This document shows, in pieces, positions 29,370 to 38,553 of a stretch of 64,000 nt of DNA; position 1 is the stretch's first letter; every line of letters begins with the position of its first letter. The notes under the pieces were generated by a model, which had not been told where the DNA came from, did no database searches, and worked only from the letters and a program-made list of their open reading frames with translations. Source of the stretch: an uncultured Holophagae bacterium. GTDB taxonomy: Bacteria; Acidobacteriota; Thermoanaerobaculia; Thermoanaerobaculales; Sulfomarinibacteraceae. The position numbers and the translations under genes were made by a program. The stretch covers positions 138,828-202,827 of the forward strand of contig CAVQBD010000002.1 in the NCBI GenBank assembly GCA_963710645.1, in the 5' to 3' direction.

Positions 29370-30017
29370 ATGTTCGACTTCATCAGCGGTCCGCTCGTTT
29401 GGATCGCCTTCGCCGGCCTCTTTGGAGGGCTCGCCTACCGGCTGGTCACGATGGCTGCACTGGCGCGGCGGGAGCGGGTGGTCTACCCGACGCTGGACGC
29501 CAAGTACGGCACCCGCTCACTGCTCCATTGGCTGATCCCCTTCGCGGGAAGAAAGACTCGTCTGCACCCTGCCTACACCTTGGTGTCATACGCCTTTCAC
29601 GTCTGTCTGCTGGTGACGCCGTTGTTTGCCGCCGGGCACGTCCTGCTCTTCAAGCGGTCATGGGGATTCGGCTGGTGGACCCTGCCCGACGCGGTCGGCG
29701 ACGGGATGACCCTCGTGGTGGTCTTCGCCTGCCTGTTTTTTATGATCCGGCGCCTGCTGCAGCCTGAGGTTCGCAACGTCAGCGACGCCTCAGACTTCCT
29801 CCTCGCGGGCGTGGTCCTGGTTCCATTCGCGACGGGGTTCCTCGCCCACCGGCAGTGGCTCTCCTACGAACCGATGCTCATCATCCACGGTCTTTCCGGC
29901 GTGCTGGCCCTGTTGCTGATCCCGTGGACGCGTCTGGTGCACCTGCTGTGGTTCACCTTCACCCGCGCTTTCATGGGCTCCGAGTTCGGGGCCGTCCGTC
30001 ACGCGAGGGATTGGTAA
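29370..30017 (+). CDS. hmcE: HmcE-like membrane b-type cytochrome (NarI/HdrE/DsrM family)
   Basis: 215 aa and polytopic, with His residues inside TM helices (AFHVCLL...AAGHVLL...IIHGLSG...LVHLLW). It sits directly upstream of an HdrD-like subunit. RBS GAGGAGGG. Confidence 0.65.
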   Translation: MFDFISGPLVWIAFAGLFGGLAYRLVTMAALARRERVVYPTLDAKYGTRSLLHWLIPFAGRKTRLHPAYTLVSYAFHVCLLVTPLFAAGHVLLFKRSWGFGWWTLPDAVGDGMTLVVVFACLFFMIRRLLQPEVRNVSDASDFLLAGVVLVPFATGFLAHRQWLSYEPMLIIHGLSGVLALLLIPWTRLVHLLWFTFTRAFMGSEFGAVRHARDW

Positions 30018-30059
30018 TGAACCGCCACCATCAACCGATACCGACTGGAGCACGGCAGC

Positions 30060-31379
30060 ATGGCTGATCTGCAGGACATCCAGGTCATGGATCCCGGCGT
30101 TGACGACAATATCGCCAAACTGACGCCGGAGCGTATCGAGACCACTATCAACAGGGTGCTGACCGACGAGTGCGGCGCGCGGCTGCGGGTCTATCTCGAC
30201 ACGTGTGTCCACTGCGGCCTGTGTGCCGAGGCGTGCCAGAGCTACGTCTCCCGCAACGGCGACCCGGACTACGCGCCGGTGGCCAAGGTCAAGGACACGT
30301 TGTGGGAAATGGTCAAGCGCAAGGGTCGCGTGGACGGCGAATTCCTCCACAACGCGGCCCGAATCGCCTTCATTGACTGCGGGGCGTGCCGCCGCTGCAG
30401 CATGTACTGCCCATTTGGGATCGACATCGCCTATCTGATCATGACCGTGCGTCGGATCCTCAACCTGCTCGGGGTGGTTCCCCAGTACCTTCAAGACACC
30501 ACCAACAGCCACGCCGCCACCATGAACCAGATGTGGGTCCAGCAGGATGACTGGATCGACACCCTGATGTGGCAGGAGGAGGACGCCCAGGAGGAGCTGG
30601 CGGGCACCAGGATCCCGCTCGACAAGGAGGGCGCCGACATCATGTACTCGGTGATCGGTCCCGAACCCAAGATCCTCGCCCAGCTGATCGCCAACATGGC
30701 GATCATCTTCAAGGTGGCCGGCGCCGACTGGACCATGCCGTCCACCGACGGCTGGGACAACTCGAACATGGCCATGTACTCGGGCGACTTCGAAACCATG
30801 GGACGGGTCGAGCGGCTGCACTGGGAACGTGCCATGCAGCTCAAGGTCAAACGGGTGGTGATGGGCGAGTGCGGCCACGCCTACCGCGGGGCGGTTTACG
30901 ACGGACCGAGGTGGCTTGGTTGGACCAAGCCACCCATTCCCATGGTGCACGCCGTCGAGTACTACTACGAGATCATCAAGAGCGGTCGGCTGAAGATCGC
31001 CCGAAAGATCGAAGAGCCGGTCACGGTGCAGGATCCCTGCAACATCGTCCGCGGCCGCGGGCTTCACGACAAACTGAGGTACGTCGTCAACGCGATCTGC
31101 GAGGACTTCCGGGACATGGATCCCCGTTACGAGCACAACTACTGCTGTCAGGCCGGAGGAGGGCTGATCAATTGCGGCCCACCGTGGAAGGTGTCTCGGA
31201 TGAAGAGCAACAAGATCAAGGCGGAACAGATCGTCGGCACCGGGGCCCACACGGTCATCACCCCGTGCCACAACTGCCACAGCGGCATCGAAGACATCAT
31301 CGGTTACTACAAGCTCGGCGCCCATGTGTCGTTCATCAGCGAGCTCCTGGTCAAGACCATCGAGCTTCCGGAAGCCTGA
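30060..31379 (+). CDS. hmcF: HmcF-like Fe-S/CCG protein (HdrD/DsrK family)
   Basis: Motifs CVHCGLCAEACQ, CGACRRCSMYCP, GECGHAYRG, QDPCNIVR, YCCQAGGG and TPCHNCHSG. Confidence 0.7.
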   Translation: MADLQDIQVMDPGVDDNIAKLTPERIETTINRVLTDECGARLRVYLDTCVHCGLCAEACQSYVSRNGDPDYAPVAKVKDTLWEMVKRKGRVDGEFLHNAARIAFIDCGACRRCSMYCPFGIDIAYLIMTVRRILNLLGVVPQYLQDTTNSHAATMNQMWVQQDDWIDTLMWQEEDAQEELAGTRIPLDKEGADIMYSVIGPEPKILAQLIANMAIIFKVAGADWTMPSTDGWDNSNMAMYSGDFETMGRVERLHWERAMQLKVKRVVMGECGHAYRGAVYDGPRWLGWTKPPIPMVHAVEYYYEIIKSGRLKIARKIEEPVTVQDPCNIVRGRGLHDKLRYVVNAICEDFRDMDPRYEHNYCCQAGGGLINCGPPWKVSRMKSNKIKAEQIVGTGAHTVITPCHNCHSGIEDIIGYYKLGAHVSFISELLVKTIELPEA

Positions 31380-31382
31380 GGG

Positions 31383-32903
31383 GTGGTGGGAATGTCCGCA
31401 CGCAATTGGTATCTGGCGGTTTGGTGTGTTGTGCTGTTGCTCGCGGCCACGGTTGGGGTCTCGGCCGGGGAGGTCGGGGCTTTGCGGGCCATCGGCCCGT
31501 CGATCATCGTCATGGACAACATTGGCGCCTTCGACGTCATGGAGCGGCCATCGGTGGAGTTCGACCATGCGGCACACGCCGATGCGATGAAGTCTGAGGG
31601 CTGCACGGCGTGCCATCGGGTCGAGAACGAACGGCTGATGCCCAAACTGTCCGGGATTCCCAACGTCGGCGACCGAGATGAGTTGCTCGACGGCTTTCAT
31701 GGGAGGTGTATCGGTTGCCACTCCGAGCGCGCCGATGCGGCCCAGTCCAGCGGTCCGGTGACCTGCGGCGAGTGCCACGTCCGTCGGCCGGACGGTGTCT
31801 CGACTCGGGCGGCCATGTCCTTCGATTACTCGCTCCACGCACGCCACGCGCAGGCCTACCCCGAGCGGTGCGAGGAATGCCATCACGTCTACGACGAGCA
31901 GCAGCAGAAGTTGGTTTACGTCAAGGGCGAAGAAGATGCGTGTCGCTCGTGTCACGGAGAGTCGGACGTGAATGATACGCCCTCGCTCGAAAATGCCTCC
32001 CACCGAGGCTGCATCTCGTGCCACCTGAATCGGCAGGCGGCCGAGCTCGAGGCCGGCCCGGTGCGGTGCGTCGGGTGCCATGATCTCGATCACCAGCTTG
32101 CGATCAAGACCCTCGACGCGGCCGAGATTCCCCGCCTGCTGCGAGGCCAGCCGGACAGCGTCTGGATCGTCGACGACGAGGCTCGGACCAGGGTCGTGGC
32201 CTTTGATCACAAGGGACACGAGTCGGTCACCACCTCGTGCTCCACCTGCCATCACCAGACGATGAAGCCCTGTGGTGAGTGCCACACGTTGGTTGGCTCA
32301 ACGGAGGGTGGTGGGGTCACCATGGCGGTGGCTTATCACCTCGATGGCTCCGAACACAGCTGTGTGGGGTGCCATACGCTCGAAACTCGCGAGCAGGAGT
32401 GCTCCGGCTGCCACGCCCAGCCCTCGGTGGCACCGGCCGAAAGTACTTGCACGGTGTGTCATGCGGGTCCGGTCGCTGGACCCGAGGTGGCCGAGATGCC
32501 GGTGCCGGTTGCTCAACAATCGGAAATGGCGGCTCTTCCCCAGATCTCGGAATCCTACCCGGAGACGGTGGAGATCGCCGTGCTGGTGGACCGATACCAG
32601 TCCTCCAAGCTGCCCCACGCCAAGATTGTGGCCCGGCTCGACGCAGCGGTACGGGCCAGCGATCTGGCCGGTCGATTCCACCAGAATGTGGAGACCTTGT
32701 GCGCGGGCTGTCACCACCACAGTCCGGCGGGGATCCGGCCGCCGCCGTGTCGCGCGTGCCACGCCGAGGCTGCCGCCACCCGGGACATGCCCGGACTCAA
32801 GGTTGCCTACCACCGGCAGTGCATGGGCTGCCATGCCGAGATGGGGATCAAGGCTCAGAGCTGTACGGATTGCCACGCAGAGAGGGAGGGCGAAGAGTCA
32901 TGA
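31383..32903 (+). CDS. hmcA: Periplasmic 16-heme cytochrome c (HmcA-like)
   Basis: Signal peptide, and 16 CXXCH motifs counted in the translation: CTACH, CIGCH, CGECH, CEECH, CRSCH, CISCH, CVGCH, CSTCH, CGECH, CVGCH, CSGCH, CTVCH, CAGCH, CRACH, CMGCH, CTDCH. Confidence 0.85.
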   Translation: MVGMSARNWYLAVWCVVLLLAATVGVSAGEVGALRAIGPSIIVMDNIGAFDVMERPSVEFDHAAHADAMKSEGCTACHRVENERLMPKLSGIPNVGDRDELLDGFHGRCIGCHSERADAAQSSGPVTCGECHVRRPDGVSTRAAMSFDYSLHARHAQAYPERCEECHHVYDEQQQKLVYVKGEEDACRSCHGESDVNDTPSLENASHRGCISCHLNRQAAELEAGPVRCVGCHDLDHQLAIKTLDAAEIPRLLRGQPDSVWIVDDEARTRVVAFDHKGHESVTTSCSTCHHQTMKPCGECHTLVGSTEGGGVTMAVAYHLDGSEHSCVGCHTLETREQECSGCHAQPSVAPAESTCTVCHAGPVAGPEVAEMPVPVAQQSEMAALPQISESYPETVEIAVLVDRYQSSKLPHAKIVARLDAAVRASDLAGRFHQNVETLCAGCHHHSPAGIRPPPCRACHAEAAATRDMPGLKVAYHRQCMGCHAEMGIKAQSCTDCHAEREGEES

Positions 32904-33937
32904 GCATCACACGCCGGTCCATGATCGGAGGCCTGGTTGGTGGGGCGGCCGCCATGGCGGCCGAGTCCGCCGATGCCGGCTCCCATAAGCATTTCGAGGG
33001 CTATCCGGGCCGCTACGGGCTCCTCCACGACACCACCCTGTGTGTGGGCTGCCGGTCCTGCGAGATGGCCTGTGGCGAGGTCAACGATCTGCCCGCCCCA
33101 GAGGCTCCCATTGGTGACCAGCGTGTCTTTGAGGACACGCGGCGGACCACTGCCACCCATCTGACGGTCGTCAACCGCTATGTTGAACGAAGCGGCAATC
33201 AGCCGGAGGTGTTCCGCAAGCTCCAGTGCATGCACTGCAACGAGCCGTGCTGCGCCACCGTGTGCCCGGTTGGAGCATTCACAAAAACCCCCGAGGGACC
33301 GGTGCTCTATGACGCCGAGGTCTGCATGGGTTGCCGCTACTGCATCATGGCCTGCCCCTACAACGCCTTGGCCTATGAGTATGACAATCCGCTGACGCCA
33401 AGGGTCATGCGCTGCACCATGTGCTATCAGCGGATCGTGGAGGGCCAGGTTCCGGGTTGTGCCGAAGCCTGTCCAACAGGCGCCATCACCTTCGGCCGGC
33501 GCGACGAACTCATTAAAGTGGCCAGAGAGAGGATCCGCAAGGAACCCGGCCGCTACATCGACCACATCTTCGGTGAGAACGAGTTCGGCGGCACGAGCTG
33601 GCTGCTGCTGGCCGGCGTGCCCTTCAGTCAGCTCGATCTGCACGAGGGTCTGACCTATGAGCCCCTGCCGGCCATCGCGACCAGCTATCTCAGCGTCGTG
33701 CCACTGGTGATCACGATCTACCCGGGCCTGCTCCTCGGTCTGCACGCCTTCAGCAAACGCCAGGAGGCGGTGGCCCGCAAAGAGCGGGATGAGGCGGTGG
33801 CCGAAGCCCTGAAAAAGGCCGACGACGACGCGAAACAGAAGCTCACCAAGGCCGCCGAGAAGGCGAAGAAGGACCAGCAACGGGCGGTTGACATGGCGGT
33901 TAAAAAGGCGCTCGAGGAGCACGGGGGTGGAGCATGA
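32900..33937 (+). CDS. hmcB: HmcB-like Tat-exported 4x[4Fe-4S] protein (DsrO/PsrB/NrfC family) with a C-terminal TM anchor
   Basis: ATG 32900, with an ATGA overlap to hmcA. Twin-arginine leader MSITRRSMIGGLVGG. Four Cys clusters (CVGCRSCEMAC, CMHCNEPCCATVCP, CMGCRYCIMACP, CTMCYQR...CAEACP) and a late hydrophobic helix. Confidence 0.8.
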   Translation: MSITRRSMIGGLVGGAAAMAAESADAGSHKHFEGYPGRYGLLHDTTLCVGCRSCEMACGEVNDLPAPEAPIGDQRVFEDTRRTTATHLTVVNRYVERSGNQPEVFRKLQCMHCNEPCCATVCPVGAFTKTPEGPVLYDAEVCMGCRYCIMACPYNALAYEYDNPLTPRVMRCTMCYQRIVEGQVPGCAEACPTGAITFGRRDELIKVARERIRKEPGRYIDHIFGENEFGGTSWLLLAGVPFSQLDLHEGLTYEPLPAIATSYLSVVPLVITIYPGLLLGLHAFSKRQEAVARKERDEAVAEALKKADDDAKQKLTKAAEKAKKDQQRAVDMAVKKALEEHGGGA

Positions 33938-35121
33938 GTCAGGCCGGTGTCGAGAGTCTGCAGCCGGCGCCGTCAAAGCCCGGTCTGCTGACTCCGTTCA
34001 ACGTGGTGTCGGGGATCATATTGATCGGTGGTGCGGCGATCCTGGCCCTCCGATTCATCAAGGGGTTGGAGGCGACGACCAACCTCACCGACACCTATCC
34101 GTGGGGGCTGTGGATCGGCTTCGATGTCATGAGTGGGGTCGCGCTGGCAGCCGGTGGCTTCGTCACTTCGACTGCCGTTTACCTCTTCGGCATGAAGGAG
34201 TACAAGCCCATCGTCCGGCCGGCGATCCTGACGGGATTCCTCGGTTATTTCCTGGTGGTCCTCGGGCTGCTTGCGGATCTCGGACGCCCCTGGCGCCTTC
34301 CCTATCCCTTTATCAAACAGGCGGGCCCGACCTCACCGTTATTCGAGGTGGCGCTCTGCGTGGCGTTGTACCTGACGGTGTTGTTCATCGAGACGACGCC
34401 GGCCGCGCTGGAGTGGCTCGGTCTGAAACGGTGGCGCAGGGTGGTGGGCAGCCTGACCATCGCGCTCACCGTTTTCGGCTTGATATTGTCCACCATGCAT
34501 CAGTCCACCCTCGGGGCCATGTACATGGCGGCGCCCACCAAGGTGCACCCGCTTTGGTACTCGGCCCACATGCCGGTGCACTTCTTCGTGTCGGCGGTGG
34601 CGGCGGGCATCGGCATGGTTATCGTGGAAGGGGCCATCTCCCACCGGGCCTTCCACCATCAAGTACAGATCACCCAGGATCAATTCAGGGATATCAACAT
34701 CGGACTGGCCAAGGCCGGTGCGGTGGCTCTGGCTGTCTATTTCGCCGTCAAGGTGGTCGGTCTCGCCATCGAGGACGAATGGGCGTTGTTGGGCACGGGC
34801 TGGGGTGCGTGGTTTCTTCTGGAGATCCTCGGTTTTGTTCTGCTGCCCTGCATCCTCTTTGCGGTTGCATACCGGGAAAGGAATGTGGTGCTGGCCCGAG
34901 TCGCGGGCGTCCTCACGGTTGTGGGCGTCGTCCTGAACAGATTCAATATCACGTTTGTCGTATTCAACTGGAATTACACGACCGAGCCCAGGTACTACCC
35001 GAACTGGATGGAGATCTGGGTGACCGTCGCGTTCATCACATTCGCGGTGGTGGTGTTCAAGTTGATCGCGAGCTACATGCCGATCATGTACGAACACCCC
35101 GACTGGAAAGGCGAGCACTGA
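33934..35121 (+). CDS. hmcC: HmcC-like NrfD/PsrC/DsrP-family integral membrane quinone-interacting subunit
   Basis: ATGA overlap with hmcB. 395 aa and polytopic, with the NrfD-type N-terminus ...TYPWGLWIGFDVMSGVALAAGGF. Confidence 0.8.
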   Translation: MSQAGVESLQPAPSKPGLLTPFNVVSGIILIGGAAILALRFIKGLEATTNLTDTYPWGLWIGFDVMSGVALAAGGFVTSTAVYLFGMKEYKPIVRPAILTGFLGYFLVVLGLLADLGRPWRLPYPFIKQAGPTSPLFEVALCVALYLTVLFIETTPAALEWLGLKRWRRVVGSLTIALTVFGLILSTMHQSTLGAMYMAAPTKVHPLWYSAHMPVHFFVSAVAAGIGMVIVEGAISHRAFHHQVQITQDQFRDINIGLAKAGAVALAVYFAVKVVGLAIEDEWALLGTGWGAWFLLEILGFVLLPCILFAVAYRERNVVLARVAGVLTVVGVVLNRFNITFVVFNWNYTTEPRYYPNWMEIWVTVAFITFAVVVFKLIASYMPIMYEHPDWKGEH

Positions 35122-35131
35122 GGAGATGACA

Positions 35132-35278
35132 ATGTACACCTTGTTCGATTTCCTGACCCACACCAAAGGCATCGGGTACATCGTGGCCGGGTTGCTGCTG
35201 GTGAGCTTTATTCCGTTCTGGCGCTTCCTCACAGAGCGGGAGACGAACGACGACGCACTGTCGCAGCGGTCCCATTGA
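35132..35278 (+). CDS. Small single-TM protein (48 aa), HmcD-like by position and size
   Basis: Below the 60-aa ORF-track cutoff; found by reading the DNA. AGGAG at 35121-35125, ATG at 35132 (also at 35126), TGA at 35276-35278. Translation MYTLFDFLTHTKGIGYIVAGLLLVSFIPFWRFLTERETNDDALSQRSH contains one hydrophobic helix. Confidence 0.55.
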   Translation: MYTLFDFLTHTKGIGYIVAGLLLVSFIPFWRFLTERETNDDALSQRSH

Positions 35279-35291
35279 AACGGAGGCAACC

Positions 35292-35657
35292 ATGGGTCAC
35301 ACGGTTCTTGTGGTGGACGACGAGCCGGATGTCAGGACATTTCTGATGGCCGTGCTCAAAAAGAGGGGATACGAGACCTTGTCCGCCTCCGATGGCCGGG
35401 AGGCTTTCGAGGTCTTGCAGCGTGAGAAACCGGACTTGGTCATCCTGGACCTCCAAATGCCCAATCAGACCGGGACTGACTTTTTCCGCCGACTGACCAA
35501 GGACAAGGAACTCAGTCAGACGCCGGTGATCGTCGTCAGTGGACTTGCCGGACGCCACCTGGCCTTCAAGGAGCCGGTGGCTGTCTTTGATAAACCGATC
35601 GACCCCGACGAGTTCGGCGAAATGGTCGACAAAACCCTCGGCGTGGACGAGGGGTGA
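35292..35657 (+). CDS. Single-domain CheY-like response regulator
   Basis: VLVVDDEPDVR...DLVILDLQMPNQTG...VIVVSG...DKPIDPDEF. Confidence 0.9.
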   Translation: MGHTVLVVDDEPDVRTFLMAVLKKRGYETLSASDGREAFEVLQREKPDLVILDLQMPNQTGTDFFRRLTKDKELSQTPVIVVSGLAGRHLAFKEPVAVFDKPIDPDEFGEMVDKTLGVDEG

Positions 35658-35691
35658 CGGAGAGGGTCAACCCCTCGGAAGGGAGGCGACG

Positions 35692-36504
35692 ATGTCTCTT
35701 TTGGAGAAAAAGGACTATAAGCACGAGAACCCTCAGGTTCGACTCAAGGCGGTGGAAGAAATGAGTGACCCGGAGATGCTGGTCTCGGTGGCCTGCACAG
35801 ATGACTCTCCCCGGGTCCGGCTGACGGCCGTCGCAAAACTGAAGGACGATCAGACGCTGGAACGAATCGCCCGTGGCGCGGAGTCCCTCGATGCTCGTCT
35901 GGTTGCGGTGGAGAGGATCTTCTCGCAGGGGGTCATCGCTGACTTGTTGAAGGACCCCAAGAACTTCGAGCTCATGTCGGTGTGCTTTTCACGCATCAGC
36001 GATCGCCGCATCATCGAGTCCATCGCCCAGGACGAAGCCTACGGTGGGGTCGTCCGTCGGATGGCGGTGGAGTACTTTGCCGATTCGGGATACCTGGACG
36101 AGGTCGCGGAAGGCGCCGTGGCTGAGATTCCGGAGACCACAGCAGATCAGAGGGTGGAAGCATTTGTCGAAGTCTACGGTGGGGGCCTGCGGGGAGTCCG
36201 CGCCATCGGCCGATTCCGCCGTTCGGAAAAGGCCCTCAAGGCACTGGGGACAATCGCCCGCAAGGGTGGCGAGACAGGTGGACTGGCGATCGAATATCTG
36301 TGTTCGGCCCTGGCCAGCCCCAACCCCAAACTGGCTGACTGTGCTGCGGATGAACTCGGGGTTCTCAAGGATTCCGAGGCGGTGGACAGTTTGATCCGTG
36401 CGATGGACAATCCCAACCTGCGAGAGCCGGTTCGGCGCGTGCTTCGCAGGATCGGGACGCCTGAAGCCGTCGCCGCTCTCGGCGACGAATCGTGGATCAG
36501 CTAG
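35692..36504 (+). CDS. HEAT-repeat protein
   Basis: ATG 35692 follows a GGGAGG RBS. Repeated ...NPQVRLKAVEEM.., DDSPRVRLTAVAKL.., SLDARLVAVERI.. and NPNLREPVRRVLRRIG segments typical of PBS-lyase/HEAT-like repeats. Confidence 0.7.
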   Translation: MSLLEKKDYKHENPQVRLKAVEEMSDPEMLVSVACTDDSPRVRLTAVAKLKDDQTLERIARGAESLDARLVAVERIFSQGVIADLLKDPKNFELMSVCFSRISDRRIIESIAQDEAYGGVVRRMAVEYFADSGYLDEVAEGAVAEIPETTADQRVEAFVEVYGGGLRGVRAIGRFRRSEKALKALGTIARKGGETGGLAIEYLCSALASPNPKLADCAADELGVLKDSEAVDSLIRAMDNPNLREPVRRVLRRIGTPEAVAALGDESWIS

Positions 36505-36525
36505 ACCGCATGCAGGGAGAGCATC

Positions 36526-36900
36526 ATGGCGAAGAAAATTCTGATCATCGATGACGAGAAGGACATGCAGGTCTATCTCGGCACTCTGTTTCGGAAGGCG
36601 GGTTTCGAGACCAAGACCGCCTCAAATGGCGAGGAGGGCCTCAAGCTGGCCTTGACCTTCGAACCGGATCTCATCACGCTCGACGTGTTGATGCCGAAAC
36701 AGTCCGGGGTCAAGGCCTACCGAGGTCTCAGGACCTCCTCGCAGACCGCCTCGATTCCCATCGTCGTGCTGACCGGGCTCACCCGGCTGGATGACTTTTT
36801 TGGAGATCTCGGCGATTTGCGGAAACCGGACGCTCTGGTGGAGAAACCCATCGACCGGGACACCTTCCTGACCACGATCGAAGGACTCCTCAACGGCTGA
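36526..36900 (+). CDS. Single-domain CheY-like response regulator
   Basis: KILIIDDEKDMQ...DLITLDVLMPKQSG...IVVLTG...VEKPIDRDTF. Confidence 0.9.
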   Translation: MAKKILIIDDEKDMQVYLGTLFRKAGFETKTASNGEEGLKLALTFEPDLITLDVLMPKQSGVKAYRGLRTSSQTASIPIVVLTGLTRLDDFFGDLGDLRKPDALVEKPIDRDTFLTTIEGLLNG

Positions 36901-36983
36901 TTTTCTATCAGATAGCCCGGGGATTTTCGCGGGGCCGAAGACTGCGACCTCATCGTCGGCGTTGGGCCAACATCCGATCGTGG

Positions 36984-38510
36984 TCAACGAGCAACGGGCA
37001 AAACCACGGCAAACGTGCTGCCCTCGCCGACCTTGGATTCGACCTTGATCTCACCGCCGTGTTTCTGAATGATGCCGAGCGACACGGAAAGACCGAGCCC
37101 GGTCCCGCTGCCGCTCGATTTGGTGGTAAAAAAGGGATCGAAAATCGCTTTGAGTACGCGAGGCGACATTCCGGGGCCGGTGTCCCCGATGTAGATTGCG
37201 ACACATCCGGTGTCCAGGCTCACGTCACTGCTCAGGGTGAGTGTGCCCCCACTCTCCATTGCGTCGATCGCGTTGAGGATCAGATTGAGAAACACCTGGC
37301 TCAGATACTGCCGATCACCGTTGATCTCCGGCAGATCATCGGAGATGTCATAAACCTGCCTGACCCCGGAGAGTTTGAGCTGGTTGGACGCGAGTCTGAG
37401 TGCGTTTCCGACCACCTCGTCGAGGCTCAACCGTTCGGTCTTGATCTCGCTCTCGCGAGCGAAGTCGAGGAGATTTCGGACGATCTTACGGGCCCGCTCC
37501 GCCTGTTCTGATACGTCTCTGATCAACTCCTGTTTCTCGCCGTCTGGCAGGCTTTCGAAATCCTCCTCGAGAACCGCTGCGGTCAGCATGATGTTGTTGA
37601 TTGGGTTGTTGACCTCGTGGGCGATACCGGCGGTCAGGGATCCGACGGCTCGAAGCTTCTGGGACTGGAGGAGGAATTCCTCCCGGCGCACGAGTTCGCG
37701 GGTCATCCTGTTGATCGCGATCGCGAGATCGGTGAACTCGTCACGGGATTTTCGAACCGGCACGATCGGGGAAAAATCACCGGCCCCGATACGGCGTGCG
37801 GCGGCCATCAGAAGATCGAGGCGCAGCATGATATGGCGCCACATGAAGGTCGCCGCATAGACCGACAACGTGACCACCAGGAGCAGATAGACCGCGGGAA
37901 AGACCTTTGAAACAGCCAATAGCCTGCGAACGCTGTCGCGCTCCCTGTCGGCGACCTTCTGACCGCAGGAGACCAGGCCCGATCCGCAGTCTCGGAGCTC
38001 CTGGTCAAGCGCCTGACGGGAGGTTGACATCGCGGGTTCGCCGGACTGTTCGAGGTCACGAAGCTCGCCGATGAGCTCGCGGTAGTGTCGCAAATTTTTT
38101 TCGAGGAACTCGATACATTCGCCGCTCACCGAGACAGTGAGATCCTGCATTGACTGTTCCACGGCTGCTGCTGCGGCGTCGATGTGGTAGTCGACGTGCT
38201 GAAGGTCGCTGCCATAGAGCAAAAAGTTCTTCTCGAATCGCCGAGTTTGGAGAATCTCGTAGTTCAGCTGATCGGCGACACCGATCAAGGTGATTTTTCG
38301 CTCGATCCGGGACACCAGGACCCACGTTACGGCGGTGATCGCCACGGATCCGATGGCGAACAGGGCGAACATTGTGGCGAGTCGCATGCGGATACTAACC
38401 TTTGGGCGAGAGAGGAGGGTTCTTTCGGCCTCAGTGGTCGTCACCACACTGTGTTCGACGAGGTCGAACCCTCCGACAAGCGTTTCAGGGTTCTGCCCCG
38501 TATCCGTCAT
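36984..38510 (-). CDS. Membrane sensor histidine kinase (HAMP, HisKA, HATPase)
   Basis: Two TM segments flank a roughly 150-aa sensor region. H-box AGIAHEVNNPINNI, N-box LNLILNAIDA, and G-boxes GDTGPGM and GSGTGLGLSVS. Confidence 0.85.
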   Translation of the reverse strand: MTDTGQNPETLVGGFDLVEHSVVTTTEAERTLLSRPKVSIRMRLATMFALFAIGSVAITAVTWVLVSRIERKITLIGVADQLNYEILQTRRFEKNFLLYGSDLQHVDYHIDAAAAAVEQSMQDLTVSVSGECIEFLEKNLRHYRELIGELRDLEQSGEPAMSTSRQALDQELRDCGSGLVSCGQKVADRERDSVRRLLAVSKVFPAVYLLLVVTLSVYAATFMWRHIMLRLDLLMAAARRIGAGDFSPIVPVRKSRDEFTDLAIAINRMTRELVRREEFLLQSQKLRAVGSLTAGIAHEVNNPINNIMLTAAVLEEDFESLPDGEKQELIRDVSEQAERARKIVRNLLDFARESEIKTERLSLDEVVGNALRLASNQLKLSGVRQVYDISDDLPEINGDRQYLSQVFLNLILNAIDAMESGGTLTLSSDVSLDTGCVAIYIGDTGPGMSPRVLKAIFDPFFTTKSSGSGTGLGLSVSLGIIQKHGGEIKVESKVGEGSTFAVVLPVAR

Positions 38511-38553
38511 GATCCTCCGGTCTGCAGCGATGGAGTGTCCAGCGGTGCCACCT

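Noticed and set aside
29790-32285. 831-aa ORF on the minus strand
   Set aside because: It lies entirely antisense to the hmcE, hmcF and hmcA genes, which have clear motifs (CCG motifs, 16 CXXCH). Its translation is Arg/Gly/His/Asp-rich low-complexity sequence, typical of shadow ORFs in GC-rich DNA.
32279-32899. The 5' extension of the HmcB ORF (listed as 32279..33937)
   Set aside because: It overlaps hmcA in another frame. The Tat leader begins at ATG 32900, which overlaps the hmcA stop as ATGA.
33888-35129. 413-aa plus-strand ORF in an alternative frame of hmcC
   Set aside because: Arg/Gly/His-rich with no TM pattern. The overlapping frame (33934..35121) encodes a clear NrfD-type polytopic protein.
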